Of a stretch of 32,385 nt of DNA, positions 1 to 10,788 are shown in pieces. Each line of letters opens with the position of its first letter. Position 1 is the first letter of the stretch. The notes beneath the pieces were generated by a model. That model was not told where the DNA came from and did not search any database. It worked only from the letters and a program-made list of their open reading frames with translations. The stretch is from Candidatus Poribacteria bacterium (GTDB taxonomy: Bacteria; Poribacteria; WGA-4E; WGA-3G), in the NCBI GenBank assembly GCA_965197475.1, contig CBDANF010000001.1, positions 1 through 32,385 on the forward strand, in the 5' to 3' direction. Made by a program: the position numbers and the translations under genes.

Positions 1-834
1 GAAGACCAAAAGATATTGATCCAGATATTGAAATTGAGTCACGAAGATCCTTTATATAAACCACTAAACGACGAAAGCCCAGTACATGCAATCTACACTG
101 ATGAATTCTACATTGACAAATATCCAGTGACGAATGCACAATATAAAGTTTTTATTGATACCAATCCGCAATGGTGCAAGCCTCCAAAGTGGTACGAGTG
201 GGACAAAAAACATATAGCATCTCTTTCTAGACAATACAGCAAGGGTAACTACCTGAAACACTGGAATGGGAACCGTTATCCGATTGGGAAAGCTGACCAC
301 CCTGTAACTCACGTAAGCTGGTATGCGGCGATGGCGTATGCACAATGGGTTGGTAAACGTTTACCAACGGAAGCTGAATGGGAAAAAGCAGCACGCGGCG
401 GAATAATAGGGCAAAAATACCCATGGGGAAATTCTATGGATTCGAACATGGCATATTGTGGTAAGAATGTTGGTGAAACCACTTCTGTAGGAAAATATCC
501 AGCCAACAACTACGGTTTGCATGATATAGTAGGCAACGTCTGGGAGTGGTGCCTTGATGAGTATAATCCAATTTACTATTCTTCTTCACCTATTCGGAAT
601 CCGGTTGCTGGTGCGAACACAAAGGAGGATTTGGATTTATTCATTTCCAACTTCACGAACGTTACAACTGATTGTGTGTTACGGGGTGGTTCACTTTTTA
701 CTTCATCAGAGCCCAGCCACACTGCCAATCGCCTCGGAGGCTCACCTTTACACGTTAGTCTCCTCGTCTCACCTTCACCAACACTTGCTTATGTCAACAT
801 AGGATTTCGTTGTGCCAAGGATGTAACCAATTAA
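1..834 (+). CDS. FGE-sulfatase (SUMF1/formylglycine-generating enzyme-like) domain protein, 5'-truncated by window edge
   Basis: Motifs [61 protein letters not shown]. Frame 1 is open from base 1, so the true start is probably upstream of the window. Confidence 0.9.
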   Translation, partial: EDQKILIQILKLSHEDPLYKPLNDESPVHAIYTDEFYIDKYPVTNAQYKVFIDTNPQWCKPPKWYEWDKKHIASLSRQYSKGNYLKHWNGNRYPIGKADHPVTHVSWYAAMAYAQWVGKRLPTEAEWEKAARGGIIGQKYPWGNSMDSNMAYCGKNVGETTSVGKYPANNYGLHDIVGNVWEWCLDEYNPIYYSSSPIRNPVAGANTKEDLDLFISNFTNVTTDCVLRGGSLFTSSEPSHTANRLGGSPLHVSLLVSPSPTLAYVNIGFRCAKDVTN

Positions 835-901
835 TTTTTTACCCTTTTTTCGATTCATTTGTGAATCAACATATATTATTTTAACAATAAGGAGATTGAT
901 T

Positions 902-3211
902 ATGACAAATACAAATAATCTTGTTGTATGGTATAACAAACCAGCCGAACAATGGACTGACGCACTCCCAGTCGGAAACGGGCGACTCGGTGCCATGGTG
1001 TTCGGCGGCGTTGAACGTGAACATATCCAACTCAACGAAGACACGCTTTGGGAAGGCGAACCTCGCGATACCAACAACCCCAAGGCTTTGGAAGCACTTC
1101 CGAAAGTACAACAACTGCTTTTCGAAGACAAAAACGACGCAGCGACAAAACTTGCAGGCGAAACCATGTTGGGAGTGCCACACCGCGTCAAGTCTTACCA
1201 ATCTTTAGGCGATCTTTTCCTCGAATTCCCGCATGATGGCGATGTCACGGCATATCGGAGAGAACTTGATTTGGACACGGGCATTACCAAAACAACATAT
1301 CGCTATGGCGATGTCAATTTCAGCAGAGAGGTATTCGCAACAGCAGTAGATAACCTCATTGTTGTCCGGATTGAATGTGATCCATCAGATCAAATCACTT
1401 TTGACGTAACGATGACGCGGGAACAAGATGCAACCGTTGAAACCATCTCCGATAATACTCTCAGACTTAGTGGACAGTGCAGCGATGGAGGTATGCGTTT
1501 CTCAGCATATTTACAGGTACAGAATGAAAATGGAAATGTCTGGTCAGAAAGTGACAAAATTTCCGTGAGCGACGCGAATAGCATTACGCTTTTCCTTGCA
1601 GGTGCGACAAGCTACATCAATCAGACAGATGCAAGTGGAAACCCGCATGAACTTTGTGAAAATTACCTCAAGGGTATTGCGGCAAAATCTTATGAGACAA
1701 TTCGGGATGACCACATTGCTGAACATCGATCTCTCTTCAGACGGGTTGACTTGAACCTTGGCACGACTGATGCAGACAACTTACCTACAGATGAACGTTT
1801 GGCAGCGGTGAAGGAGGGTGCGTCTGATCCTGGATTAGTTGCGCTTTATTTTCAATATGGACGTTATCTATTGATGGGAAGTTCACGCCCCGGATGTCTA
1901 CCCGCGAATCTACAAGGCATCTGGAACCATCACATGAAGGCACCGTGGAACAGTGATTTTCACACCAATATCAATCTCCAAATGAACTATTGGGTGCCTG
2001 AAGTTTGCAACCTTGCAGAATGCCATGAACCGCTTTTTGATTACATGGACACGCTTGTTGAACCGGGCAATCAGACAGCAAAACGGCATTACGGTGCTGA
2101 GGGTTGGGTTGTCCATCATCTCTCTGATGTATGGGGATTCACAACGCCTGCTGATGGAATCTGGGGTATCTCGCCAATGGGTGCTGCATGGTTGTGTGGG
2201 CACGTATGGGAACACTACCTTTTCGGTGGTGATGTGGAATTTCTTAAGCAACAAGCTTATCCATTGATGAAGGGTGCTGCACGTTTTGTCCTTGATTTTC
2301 TCATTGAAGCACCGGAAGGTACACCCCTCGCCGGAAAATTGGTCACCAATCCATCTCACTCACCAGAAAACAGTTTCCTGAAACCTGATGGCACGCGTTC
2401 CCTGTTTACCTATGCTGCAACGATGGATCTAGAAATAATCCATGAACTTTTCACAAACTGCATCGCTTGTATTGACGTTCTCGGTGATGATGAGGATTTC
2501 CGTGCAGAGTTGGCTTCTGCACTTGAACGGCTTGCACCGCTTCAAATTAGTGAGAAAACAGGACGGCTACAAGAGTGGGTATTTGACTACGACGAACCAG
2601 AGCCAGGACATCGGCACATGTCGCACATGTATGGTCTCCACCCCAGTTGTCAGATTACATTGCGTGGCACGCCAGAGTTGGCGGCGGCGGCAAAGAAATC
2701 TTTGGAAACTCGCTTAGCACACGGCGGCGGCGGCACAGGATGGAGTCGGGCATGGCTTATCAACTTCTTGGCGCGGCTTGAGGCAGGAGAAGAGGCATAC
2801 AATCATCTCCAAACGCTCCTCGCAAGGTGTACCCTGACGAACCTTTTTGATACGCACCCGCCTTTCCAGATTGATGGCAATTTTGGCGGAACTGCCGGTA
2901 TTGCTGAAATGTTGCTACAAAGCCATGCGGGTGAGATTAACTTGCTGCCTGCACTTCCAAAAGCGTGGGACACTGGATACGTTAAAGGGTTACGTGCGCG
3001 TGGCGGGTTTGAAGTGGATATAGAATGGAAGGATGGAAAACTCACACAAGCTCGAATATTTTCTGCACTCGGTAGAGATTGTTGGGTCCGAACATCTGAA
3101 CCTGTTTCTTCTTCTGTGACATGTGATGGAATTCGAGTTAAGTCCTCCCAGTCAAAGTGGGTTATTAACTTTCACACAGAAGCAGGAAAAACTTATACAA
3201 TTTCGGTATAA
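902..3211 (+). CDS. Glycoside hydrolase family 95 (alpha-L-fucosidase-like)
   Basis: [63 protein letters not shown] motifs. AAGGAG RBS favours ATG at 902 over TTG at 896. No signal peptide. Confidence 0.92.
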   Translation: MTNTNNLVVWYNKPAEQWTDALPVGNGRLGAMVFGGVEREHIQLNEDTLWEGEPRDTNNPKALEALPKVQQLLFEDKNDAATKLAGETMLGVPHRVKSYQSLGDLFLEFPHDGDVTAYRRELDLDTGITKTTYRYGDVNFSREVFATAVDNLIVVRIECDPSDQITFDVTMTREQDATVETISDNTLRLSGQCSDGGMRFSAYLQVQNENGNVWSESDKISVSDANSITLFLAGATSYINQTDASGNPHELCENYLKGIAAKSYETIRDDHIAEHRSLFRRVDLNLGTTDADNLPTDERLAAVKEGASDPGLVALYFQYGRYLLMGSSRPGCLPANLQGIWNHHMKAPWNSDFHTNINLQMNYWVPEVCNLAECHEPLFDYMDTLVEPGNQTAKRHYGAEGWVVHHLSDVWGFTTPADGIWGISPMGAAWLCGHVWEHYLFGGDVEFLKQQAYPLMKGAARFVLDFLIEAPEGTPLAGKLVTNPSHSPENSFLKPDGTRSLFTYAATMDLEIIHELFTNCIACIDVLGDDEDFRAELASALERLAPLQISEKTGRLQEWVFDYDEPEPGHRHMSHMYGLHPSCQITLRGTPELAAAAKKSLETRLAHGGGGTGWSRAWLINFLARLEAGEEAYNHLQTLLARCTLTNLFDTHPPFQIDGNFGGTAGIAEMLLQSHAGEINLLPALPKAWDTGYVKGLRARGGFEVDIEWKDGKLTQARIFSALGRDCWVRTSEPVSSSVTCDGIRVKSSQSKWVINFHTEAGKTYTISV

Positions 3212-3466
3212 TACCCAATTAACGGGATTTGTCCTATTTCCCGGACGGTAGGTGCGGTTCCTAACCGCTTAGCTCCAACCCGGTAGGTGCGGTTTGAAAC
3301 CGCACCGGATCTTAGGGAATATGCGTCCGATACCCATTTTCGCGAACGACACGGTGCGGTTACAAACCGCACCTACCGGTAACGGAGCAAATTAGAATTA
3401 CCGAATTAATTTGTTAATCTTCATGTAACCGCACCGATAGATTGAAACCAAGTTAATTTGGTATTA
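3209..3466. mobile_element. MITE-like element, TIR family A, carrying REP-like hairpins
   Basis: Ends TAATACCCAATTAAC (3209-3223) and GTTAATTTGGTATTA (3452-3466). Internal inverted pair of GGTAGGTGCGGTT..AACCGCACC units at 3280-3307 and 3352-3379, plus partial units. Lies between convergent genes, so it may also act as a terminator. Confidence 0.75.
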
Positions 3467-3492
3467 CACCGAACTCACGTTTATAATATTTC

Positions 3493-6057
3493 TTACAGTC
3501 TGGGATCAACTGTTTCACTTTCAAGGGCTAAAACGCCGAAAACACACTCATGAACCTTAGACAACGGTTCTCTGTGGACAAACCGTTCAAGTCCTTCCAC
3601 ACCTAACGCAAATTCTCGGATAGCAAGCGAACGTTTGTGTGATAATCCTCTAGATCGCAGACGTTCTAAATTGTTGGGTAATGTGTATTCGGGACCATAA
3701 ATTATACGAAGGTATTCTCTACCTCGACACTTAACAGCAGGTTGAACAATGCCACGCTTGCCCTTAGCAATAAAATCTAATGGTTTGATGACAATGCCTT
3801 CTCCGCCTTGTGCTGTAAGTTCTTCCCACTGCTGAATTGCTTTAGTTTCGCTCTCTTGGTCAGTTAGGTCAACCGTGCCGTATGAAGTTGCGAACAACAG
3901 ATTATCCTCAACACTGTTACAAAGTTTGGAAAGCATCTCTATATGCCACAGATGGTCTTTATCAAAATACAGTGTGCCTTCCGTCGCCAACAGATGGAAC
4001 GGAGCGAGTTTGATGTCAGCAATAGATTGTACTTCCCAACAATATTGTTGATAGGCTTTGACGTATTCTGTGACAGCAATAGCGCGTTGTTGATAATCTT
4101 CCAATAAATCATTCACTTGTACGCCTCGTTTTTCAGCAGCTTCTAACGAACCAAGGACATCTCCGACAGCAACACGTGCGGATGTTCCAACCGGTGCGTA
4201 CTGTTGTCGCAATAACTCTTGTGCTTTTACGGACCAGGGCATTAACTCACAATCAAGACATATCCAATCCGTATTCAAAATCTCCCAATATCCTGCCTTA
4301 TCTGCTGCCTGTTTCACTTGTGTTAGCAGTTCAGTTTCCATCAAGGTGTCATCAAAAAAAGGTCTGCCGGTCCGTGTGTAACACACGCCAAGTGTATCAT
4401 CCGATATACTAAACCGCTTTTTTGCTACTTCAGGGTTTTGGCATACAATTACGATAGCACGTGACCCCATGTGTTTTTCCTGCCAGACAACTTGGGATAC
4501 ACCTTGATTCCGATAATACGCAAATCCTTCAGCAGGATGTTCAAGCAAGTTTGGAATTTTTGTGGTTTCAGTGGGAGACATTGTCGGTGGAAGATAAATC
4601 AGCCATTTAGGGTCTATTGCAAAACGACTGATTACCTCAAGTGCATTGACAGTATTCTCTTCACGGATTGTTACATTGTGATTTAAGCGCGTGCTGATAA
4701 CTCGCTTTCCTATCACATCATTAATGTCCAGAATACCCTCATCTCTTTGATTTTCTAAAGAAGCCTGCTTATCAGGTTCAGCAAGGAGCGGTTTCGCTGG
4801 TTCATAATAGGTCTGCCGTGCGGGAACCGATATAATCTCCTTTTCGGGGTATCGCAACGCTGATAGGTTACCGCCAAAAACGCATCCGGTATCAATGTTG
4901 ATTGTGCGATTTATCCACTGCGGTTCAGCAACAGGCGTGTGCCCATAAACAACGGCAGCACCCCCACGGTATTCCTCCGCCCAATTAAGCCGAATAGGTA
5001 ATCCGAATTCATCCGTTTCCCCAGTAGTTTCGCCATAGAGCGCAAATTCACGGACACGCCCAGATGCCCTTCCTTGAAATTCCTTCTTCATTCCAGCATG
5101 TGCAACGACAAGTTTGCCATTGTCAAGAACATAATGGCTCACTAAACCTTCAATAAATTCTGTTATGTGTGTCTTAAATTCTGGCGATTCATTCTCTAAT
5201 TGAGACAGTGATTCTGCTAAACCGTGGGTCGGATTAACATTCTTGCCGCGAAGAGCACGTGCTAATTTGGCATCATGATTCCCTGGAACACAAATTGAAA
5301 TACCTGCCTTGTGCATCTCCATGACTAATCGCAGCACTTCAACAACCTTAGGTCCCCGGTCAACATAATCCCCGACGAAAATGGCTTTTCTACCTTGCGG
5401 GGAATTTACAACAAGAGTCCCATCCTCTTTTGCCGTAATTTCATATCCGAGTTTTGTTAGTAATTCAACAAGTTCATCATAACATCCGTGAATATCACCG
5501 ATAATATCAAATGGACCTAACTCATCTTTTCGGTTTGTCCATAAAGGTTGACGTTCAATTTGCGCAGCCGCAACGTCTTCCGGGTTAGAAAACACGTAAA
5601 CGTAGTTCCGAAAACCTTCGCGCTTAAGCGCACGGAGTGATCTCCGAAGTTGACTTGTTTGACGACGGACGACATGAGACTTGAAATTTCGGTCAGGACG
5701 AGACTCGTTTCTTTCATGACAGAGTTTTGGCGAAATGTTTAGGACAATAGCAACAGTTAGATAGTGATATTCGCGAGCCAGTGCATGCAGCGATTTCCGC
5801 GCATCAGGTTGAACATTTGTCGCATCAATCACTGTCAATTTTCCAGCAGCGAGACGTTTCGCAGCGATATAATGTAGCACATCAAACGCATCGTTCGATG
5901 CAGATTGATCGTTTTCGTCATCCGAAACAAGTCCACGGCAGAAATCTGATGAGAGGATTTCAGTGGGCTTAAAATGCTTCTGTGCAAAAGTGGATTTGCC
6001 GGAACCCGAAGCCCCGATAAGAATTACAAGTGAAGGTTCAGGAATTTTGATAAGCAT
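3493..6057 (-). CDS. pnkp: Polynucleotide kinase-phosphatase-ligase (bacterial Pnkp, RNA repair)
   Basis: N-terminal kinase P-loop GASGSGKST and VIDATN. Metallophosphatase motifs GDIHG, GDYVDRG, GNHD, YGHTP, IDTGC. Ligase domain QEKHMGSR, EGIVIKP, KCRGREYLRIIYG. Ends VDPRL. Adjacent to hen1. Confidence 0.96.
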   Translation of the reverse strand: MLIKIPEPSLVILIGASGSGKSTFAQKHFKPTEILSSDFCRGLVSDDENDQSASNDAFDVLHYIAAKRLAAGKLTVIDATNVQPDARKSLHALAREYHYLTVAIVLNISPKLCHERNESRPDRNFKSHVVRRQTSQLRRSLRALKREGFRNYVYVFSNPEDVAAAQIERQPLWTNRKDELGPFDIIGDIHGCYDELVELLTKLGYEITAKEDGTLVVNSPQGRKAIFVGDYVDRGPKVVEVLRLVMEMHKAGISICVPGNHDAKLARALRGKNVNPTHGLAESLSQLENESPEFKTHITEFIEGLVSHYVLDNGKLVVAHAGMKKEFQGRASGRVREFALYGETTGETDEFGLPIRLNWAEEYRGGAAVVYGHTPVAEPQWINRTINIDTGCVFGGNLSALRYPEKEIISVPARQTYYEPAKPLLAEPDKQASLENQRDEGILDINDVIGKRVISTRLNHNVTIREENTVNALEVISRFAIDPKWLIYLPPTMSPTETTKIPNLLEHPAEGFAYYRNQGVSQVVWQEKHMGSRAIVIVCQNPEVAKKRFSISDDTLGVCYTRTGRPFFDDTLMETELLTQVKQAADKAGYWEILNTDWICLDCELMPWSVKAQELLRQQYAPVGTSARVAVGDVLGSLEAAEKRGVQVNDLLEDYQQRAIAVTEYVKAYQQYCWEVQSIADIKLAPFHLLATEGTLYFDKDHLWHIEMLSKLCNSVEDNLLFATSYGTVDLTDQESETKAIQQWEELTAQGGEGIVIKPLDFIAKGKRGIVQPAVKCRGREYLRIIYGPEYTLPNNLERLRSRGLSHKRSLAIREFALGVEGLERFVHREPLSKVHECVFGVLALESETVDPRL

Positions 6058-6075
6058 ATCTTCTAAAAATCATAT

Positions 6076-6381
6076 TATACCAAATTAACGGGATCCCACT
6101 CGGTAGGTGCGGTTTCCTAACTGCACCTTTTTGTCCCAACATCTCAAATAACGCAAAGGACGAGAATATCTGTGTTCGTCCTCGCGCAATTCATTGCGCC
6201 TCTTTTCTTTCAATATAAGACGCGCAATGAATTGCGCGAGGACAAACGAGTTCTTTCCTTAAATTGACGCATAAGGTGCGGTTACAAACCGCACCTACCG
6301 GGTTGGGGACCCCTAAATTGCCGTATAAGATGCGGTATCCTAACCGCACAGATAGATTGGAATCGGGTTAATTGGGTATTA
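6076..6381. mobile_element. MITE-like element, TIR family A, with nested REP doublets
   Basis: Ends TATACCAAATTAAC (6076-6089) and GTTAATTGGGTATTA (6367-6381). Outer GGTAGGTGCGG..CCGCACCTACC pair (about 6101 and 6300). Inner perfect 22-bp inverted repeat at 6178-6199/6222-6243. Confidence 0.75.
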
Positions 6382-6429
6382 CACGGTTTGTCTGACAAAG
6401 GTAAAAAGTATCAATTTTTACGGTTACTG

Positions 6430-7833
6430 CTATTCAAGGTTTTCACGCGTAAACACTGCCATCTGAGTCGGTGAACCCACATTTTCGTCTGTTTCCCCGA
6501 TTGGATGAAACGCCACGGCATAACCGAAACGTTTGGAAATGTTGGATGCCCATGACTGAAATTCATCCCGCGTCCACTCAAATCGGTGGTCTCTATGTCG
6601 AAATTTACCCGCTGGTAGGTTCTCAAACTTAACATTATATTCAACGTTCGGCGTTGTCAGGACAACCATTTCGGGGCAAGCGAACTCAAATAAAATACGT
6701 TCAAAAGCCAAAAGTCTTGGTGGATCTAAATGTTCAATTACCTCTATTACTGCAGCTGCGTCGTATCCCGCTAAACGTTTATCCCGATAGCAGAGCGATC
6801 CTTGAAACAGGTTTAGACGTTCTTTCTGCTTATCTGGCATCCGATCATAATGCAGTCGCTGTTGTGCAATTTTCAGTGATTGATGTGACACATCCATTCC
6901 AACTATTTCATCAAACTGCTTTTCCCTCATCAGTTTACGAAGGAGTTTTCCTTCACCACACCCCAAATCCAGAACACGTTTTGCCCCAAATTCTTTGATA
7001 ACTTCTGTCGCCTGAGTCAAACGAATTTCGTTCAGACCGATACGTTCTTCAATCTGTGCTTCCTCTCCTTGAATCTGTTCTTCATTTTCTTCGACTCCTG
7101 TTTCACTCAATTGGGAAAGTGCTTGACGCGTAAGCCTACGTTGATGTTTCAGGTAGCGATTGACAATAGTCTCTTGTTCTGGATGATCGGAAAGCCAATC
7201 CTCACCGTGTTTTAATAGTTTTTCAATCTCCGCCTCGTCAACCCAATAGTGTTTTTCATCATCAAGTACAGGAATTAAAACATAAAGATGTGTAAGGAGT
7301 TCACTCAAACGACAAGTAGCATCAAGTGTGACGGTAAAGTAACGACTCTCTCCCCAATCCGGGTATTGTGCGTTTAGTGTATGTCGTTCGGTATGGACAG
7401 TATAGTTGAGTGGCTCAAAAAGTCTCCGCAAGAAATTCTCGCCACCCCGACAGGGTAACGTCGACAACTTTGCAGTTAAAGGTATAGGTGTATCTACAAG
7501 TTCAGGACGTTCTTTACAATTCCCTGATAAACCACTCCTAAAAACATTAGCGATTGCGACACTCATAAATGAGGAAGCGACATAAGGACGGTCGTTGACA
7601 TATTCGGCTAAAGCGAAACTATCCCTAACCTGTCCATGATACCTGCGGACAAGTCCAACGGAATCAATATCAAGCAGCAGGGCTGCCGTACATCTTTCAG
7701 CATGTGCTTCGGGGTAAAAGATGTGAGCTTGTCCGAAGGCGAGTTTAAAGGATTGTAGTCTTTCAGGATGCTTATGCAACAGAAACCCAAGGTCTGTCGC
7801 AGGAGAATAGGTTGTTGTTATCGTCAAAAGCAT
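6430..7833 (-). CDS. hen1: 3'-terminal RNA ribose 2'-O-methyltransferase Hen1
   Basis: N-terminal MLLTITTT..ATDLGFLLHKHP, YVNDRPY, HLYVLIPVLD. C-terminal SAM domain VLDLGCGEG, EVIEHL, TTPN, RHRDHRFEW. Upstream of pnkp on the same strand. Confidence 0.96.
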   Translation of the reverse strand: MLLTITTTYSPATDLGFLLHKHPERLQSFKLAFGQAHIFYPEAHAERCTAALLLDIDSVGLVRRYHGQVRDSFALAEYVNDRPYVASSFMSVAIANVFRSGLSGNCKERPELVDTPIPLTAKLSTLPCRGGENFLRRLFEPLNYTVHTERHTLNAQYPDWGESRYFTVTLDATCRLSELLTHLYVLIPVLDDEKHYWVDEAEIEKLLKHGEDWLSDHPEQETIVNRYLKHQRRLTRQALSQLSETGVEENEEQIQGEEAQIEERIGLNEIRLTQATEVIKEFGAKRVLDLGCGEGKLLRKLMREKQFDEIVGMDVSHQSLKIAQQRLHYDRMPDKQKERLNLFQGSLCYRDKRLAGYDAAAVIEVIEHLDPPRLLAFERILFEFACPEMVVLTTPNVEYNVKFENLPAGKFRHRDHRFEWTRDEFQSWASNISKRFGYAVAFHPIGETDENVGSPTQMAVFTRENLE

Positions 7834-7973
7834 TACAAATAATCTTCGTGGGTTGATCTAATAGCAAATTCACAATTATGTTTCGCTGAGCGGGTATCCG
7901 TAGGTAAATATTCAAATACCGCACAGGTATCGGAAGATAGAAAAGGTCACATTACATCAGCGTTTTCTATTAT

Positions 7974-8108
7974 AACGTGAGTTTGATATATGGCAAATTC
8001 TAAAAATATGCGGACATTTTCGTAGGGGTTAGGTTGCCTAACCCCTACGGTCGAGGGGATCTCGCCCCTACAAGAAGCACGAAGTCTCGTTTTTACCAAA
8101 CTCACGTT
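7974..8108. mobile_element. MITE-like element, TIR family B, with GTAG hairpin
   Basis: Ends AACGTGAGTTTG (7974-7985) and CAAACTCACGTT (8097-8108), with ATTAT on both flanks. Perfect hairpin CGTAGGGGTTAGG-ttg-CCTAACCCCTACG at 8021-8049. A lone similar end (GAACTCACGTT) lies at 3471-3481. Confidence 0.7.
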
Positions 8109-8137
8109 ATTATATCTTCTTTTCTACTTTCTGTCAA
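8109..8137 (-). promoter_or_regulatory. Sigma70-type promoter for hen1-pnkp
   Basis: Minus strand reads TTGACA (8137-8132), 17 nt, TATAAT (8114-8109): exact consensus. Confidence 0.75.
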
Positions 8138-8167
8138 GTTTTTTGAATGTTAATTTGTGGTTTGGAT

Positions 8168-8196
8168 TTGACTATATTCACTGAATGTGGTATATT
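8168..8196 (+). promoter_or_regulatory. Sigma70-type promoter for TrpD2-like gene
   Basis: TTGACT (8168-8173), 17 nt, TATATT (8191-8196) with extended -10 TG. Back-to-back with the hen1 promoter. Confidence 0.65.
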
Positions 8197-8231
8197 AAAC
8201 CAACCTGATGCTGAGAATAGAGGAATTTAAA

Positions 8232-9686
8232 ATGTATACCCCACAATATCCCGGTCCCAACCTTGATTTACTTGAAGCGCAAGCGAGAGTTTGCACCGGG
8301 CCACACCAAACACGTCCTTTAGGAAAGAAATCCTCAGATGGACCGCAACCAGATGCCATCCTCAAAACCATCTTAAAATCTCTTGAAGGTGAGTTAGCGG
8401 AAACAGAGACGGTTTCAGAGGCACAGATGGGATCGTTTTTCGTGGCAATGACGCTCCGTAAATATTTTCCTGAAGCAACCCAATGGTCTCAGGCTGAGAA
8501 AGCCGCATTTCAGAAATATCAACCCACATTATTACCCTGTCTTCCTAAAGAGATTCAATTTCTCATGAACCCTGAACTTGGATATGTTCCAACTAATCCA
8601 ACAGAAACTATTGTTGTCAGGGCGTTGGAAAAAATACTAAGGGCAAAACATTTAAGTTATACTGAAACGCGTCAAATGTGTGAGGCAATCCTTACTGATG
8701 ATGTTAAACCTGCCCTCAAAGGTGCTGCACTTATTGGACAACGCATGAATCGTGAAACCTACGAGGAGGTGCGCGGATATCTTGATGCCTATTTCGGACC
8801 GGAACAGGTACGTCCAATTGATGTAGATAGTCTCACCCATTTTGGGCAACCTTACGATGGCGCAACACGCTATTTTCGTCCAACTCTATTTGTTGCAGCA
8901 GTTCGCGCAGCGTTGGGAGACCCCTCGCTTCTTCATAGTGTTGATATGATGCCGCCGAAAAATGGTGTAACCGAAGAAGCGATTTTGCAAGCACTCGGCG
9001 CAAAAACCGACCTATCTCTTGAACAGACTGCCGCACTCATTACGAATAAATCGGTCGGATTTGGATATATCAGCCAGCGCGAGTATTCGCCTGGGGCTTA
9101 TGGTATACGGGAATTGCGGGTGCATATCAAGAAACGTCCACCGTGGGCTGCTACTGAGAAGGCACAACAGTTCTTTTCTGCGCGTCGCGAAAACTACATG
9201 GTGCTTGGCTATTATCATATCGGTTATGAAAAGCCTTTGCTCCAAATGGCGTTGGAACGTGGGTTTCAAGGGGCAGTCGCAATTAAAGGAGAGGAAGGTA
9301 CGAGCCATTACGCACTCCGCCTCGGAAAACCTTCTACTCCGGATAGGATGGCTGTTAACTATTCTCAAGGATTCCGATGCGTTAATGATAAACGTGAAGA
9401 TTTTGCTTTGGACATTGATCCTAAAACTTATGGATTTGAGTATGCGTTGAATCCGCGTCCCGACACCGTTAGCGCGGATGCCTTCGCTGAAGCAGGAATA
9501 GCAGCATTATCCGGTGAGAAAGGGCATATCTATGACAGAATTCTGCTCAATACGGCAATGGTGGATTATCTGCTGGGGATCTGTCCTGATCCACATCATG
9601 CCATTGATCGGACAAAATTAGTTATGGATGATGGCAGTGCATTGAAACATCTGAAGGCGTATATTCTGGCAAGTAAGGAATTTTGA
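8232..9686 (+). CDS. Anthranilate phosphoribosyltransferase-like protein (TrpD2/YbiB-type, glycosyl transferase family 3 fold)
   Basis: Motifs AQMGSFF, LIGQRMNRET, GQPYDGATR, PPKNGVT, IKKRPPWAATEK, YHIGYE, IKGEEG. GAGGA RBS favours ATG at 8232. The canonical TrpD GTGGD motif is absent. Confidence 0.8.
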   Translation: MYTPQYPGPNLDLLEAQARVCTGPHQTRPLGKKSSDGPQPDAILKTILKSLEGELAETETVSEAQMGSFFVAMTLRKYFPEATQWSQAEKAAFQKYQPTLLPCLPKEIQFLMNPELGYVPTNPTETIVVRALEKILRAKHLSYTETRQMCEAILTDDVKPALKGAALIGQRMNRETYEEVRGYLDAYFGPEQVRPIDVDSLTHFGQPYDGATRYFRPTLFVAAVRAALGDPSLLHSVDMMPPKNGVTEEAILQALGAKTDLSLEQTAALITNKSVGFGYISQREYSPGAYGIRELRVHIKKRPPWAATEKAQQFFSARRENYMVLGYYHIGYEKPLLQMALERGFQGAVAIKGEEGTSHYALRLGKPSTPDRMAVNYSQGFRCVNDKREDFALDIDPKTYGFEYALNPRPDTVSADAFAEAGIAALSGEKGHIYDRILLNTAMVDYLLGICPDPHHAIDRTKLVMDDGSALKHLKAYILASKEF

Positions 9687-9818
9687 TGCATAGACAGCAA
9701 AACTCGAAAAAAGATTGAAGGAATTGGTGTGAATCTAAGAACACTCTCTCGAATCCACCGGTAAGAATCACCACCTGCGATGCAAGGCAGAAACGAGTAT
9801 CGGAGTTAGGAGAATTAT

Positions 9819-10763
9819 ATGTTAGATATAGCGTCTTGTGATAAACAAATGACCGAGATTGAAATACCTCAAATAATTGAGGAAAGTTCAGAATTCTATG
9901 GACAAAAATTACCTTTGAATCTTGAGCGACAATGTTCGTGTAAACCCAATCATTTGAGCTGCATTACCGCAAAAGAATGGTTGAAGTGTCAACTTGGAGT
10001 ATGGCAATTTAATTATGAAGGTAGAGATATTCGAGACAAAAAAGTTCATCCTGCAACGTATCCTATTTCTTTAGCTCGAAAGGTAATTGAGTTGTTTACG
10101 CATGAAGGTGAATTAGTACTTGACCCATTCGTTGGAAGTGGAACAACACTCGTTGCAGCGAATGATACGAATCGAAACGCAGTTGGTTTTGATTTAAAAG
10201 CAGAATATATCAAATTGTGTGGAGAAAGGTTAGCAGCGTTGAATTTATTTAATGCAACACACCAACTCGCTATTCATGATGATGCTCGAAATATTAGTCA
10301 GTATTTATCAGAAGAAACCCTTTCTCTTGTCTTTACATCACCTCCTTATGCAAATTTATTGAATCGGGTGCGAAAAAACAAATCCAGGCGAGACCGAAAG
10401 AATGATCAACTTGGTAAGGTAGAACAGTATTCACAAGATGCAAGAGATTTAGGAATATTGGAATTAGAGCAATATACTGCGGCAATGGGCGATATTTATG
10501 AGAAACTTTTACCTTTATTAAAACCCAAGGCACACTGTGTAATCAATGTACCTGATATGTGGTGGGAGAATCAAAGAATAACAATTCATGTTTCTCTGAT
10601 AGAAGAACTTCGAAAAAGAGGGTATGAACTGAGAAACACTATCATTTGGGATAGGACAAATATCGTAAACAGAGTGGGTATCTTTGGTTGGCCAAGTAAT
10701 TATATCACAATGGGGGTGACTTTTGAATATTTGCTTGATTTTTGGCGGCCACCAAAGTCATAA
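9819..10763 (+). CDS. DNA amino-methyltransferase, probably N4-cytosine
   Basis: HPATYP, SAM-binding motif I LDPFVGSGTT, catalytic motif IV TSPPY. AGGAG RBS. Adjacent to an endonuclease gene. AT-rich. Confidence 0.88.
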   Translation: MLDIASCDKQMTEIEIPQIIEESSEFYGQKLPLNLERQCSCKPNHLSCITAKEWLKCQLGVWQFNYEGRDIRDKKVHPATYPISLARKVIELFTHEGELVLDPFVGSGTTLVAANDTNRNAVGFDLKAEYIKLCGERLAALNLFNATHQLAIHDDARNISQYLSEETLSLVFTSPPYANLLNRVRKNKSRRDRKNDQLGKVEQYSQDARDLGILELEQYTAAMGDIYEKLLPLLKPKAHCVINVPDMWWENQRITIHVSLIEELRKRGYELRNTIIWDRTNIVNRVGIFGWPSNYITMGVTFEYLLDFWRPPKS

Positions 10764-10788
10764 CTGTTATTGCAAAAATCCGTTCAAC

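Noticed and set aside
1-834. FGE/CLec-fold gene as target of a diversity-generating retroelement
   Set aside because: No reverse transcriptase and no template repeat matching the 3' end within the window. Cannot be excluded upstream.
3241-3440. Repeated GGTGCGGTT..AACCGCACC units as a CRISPR array
   Set aside because: Units are inverted relative to each other, irregularly spaced and dispersed, and there are no cas genes. Fits REP-like repeats.
9687-9818. Short open frame (IDSKTRKKIEGIGVNLRTLSRIHR) as a controller or second methyltransferase remnant
   Set aside because: Too short, with no start/RBS or recognisable motif.
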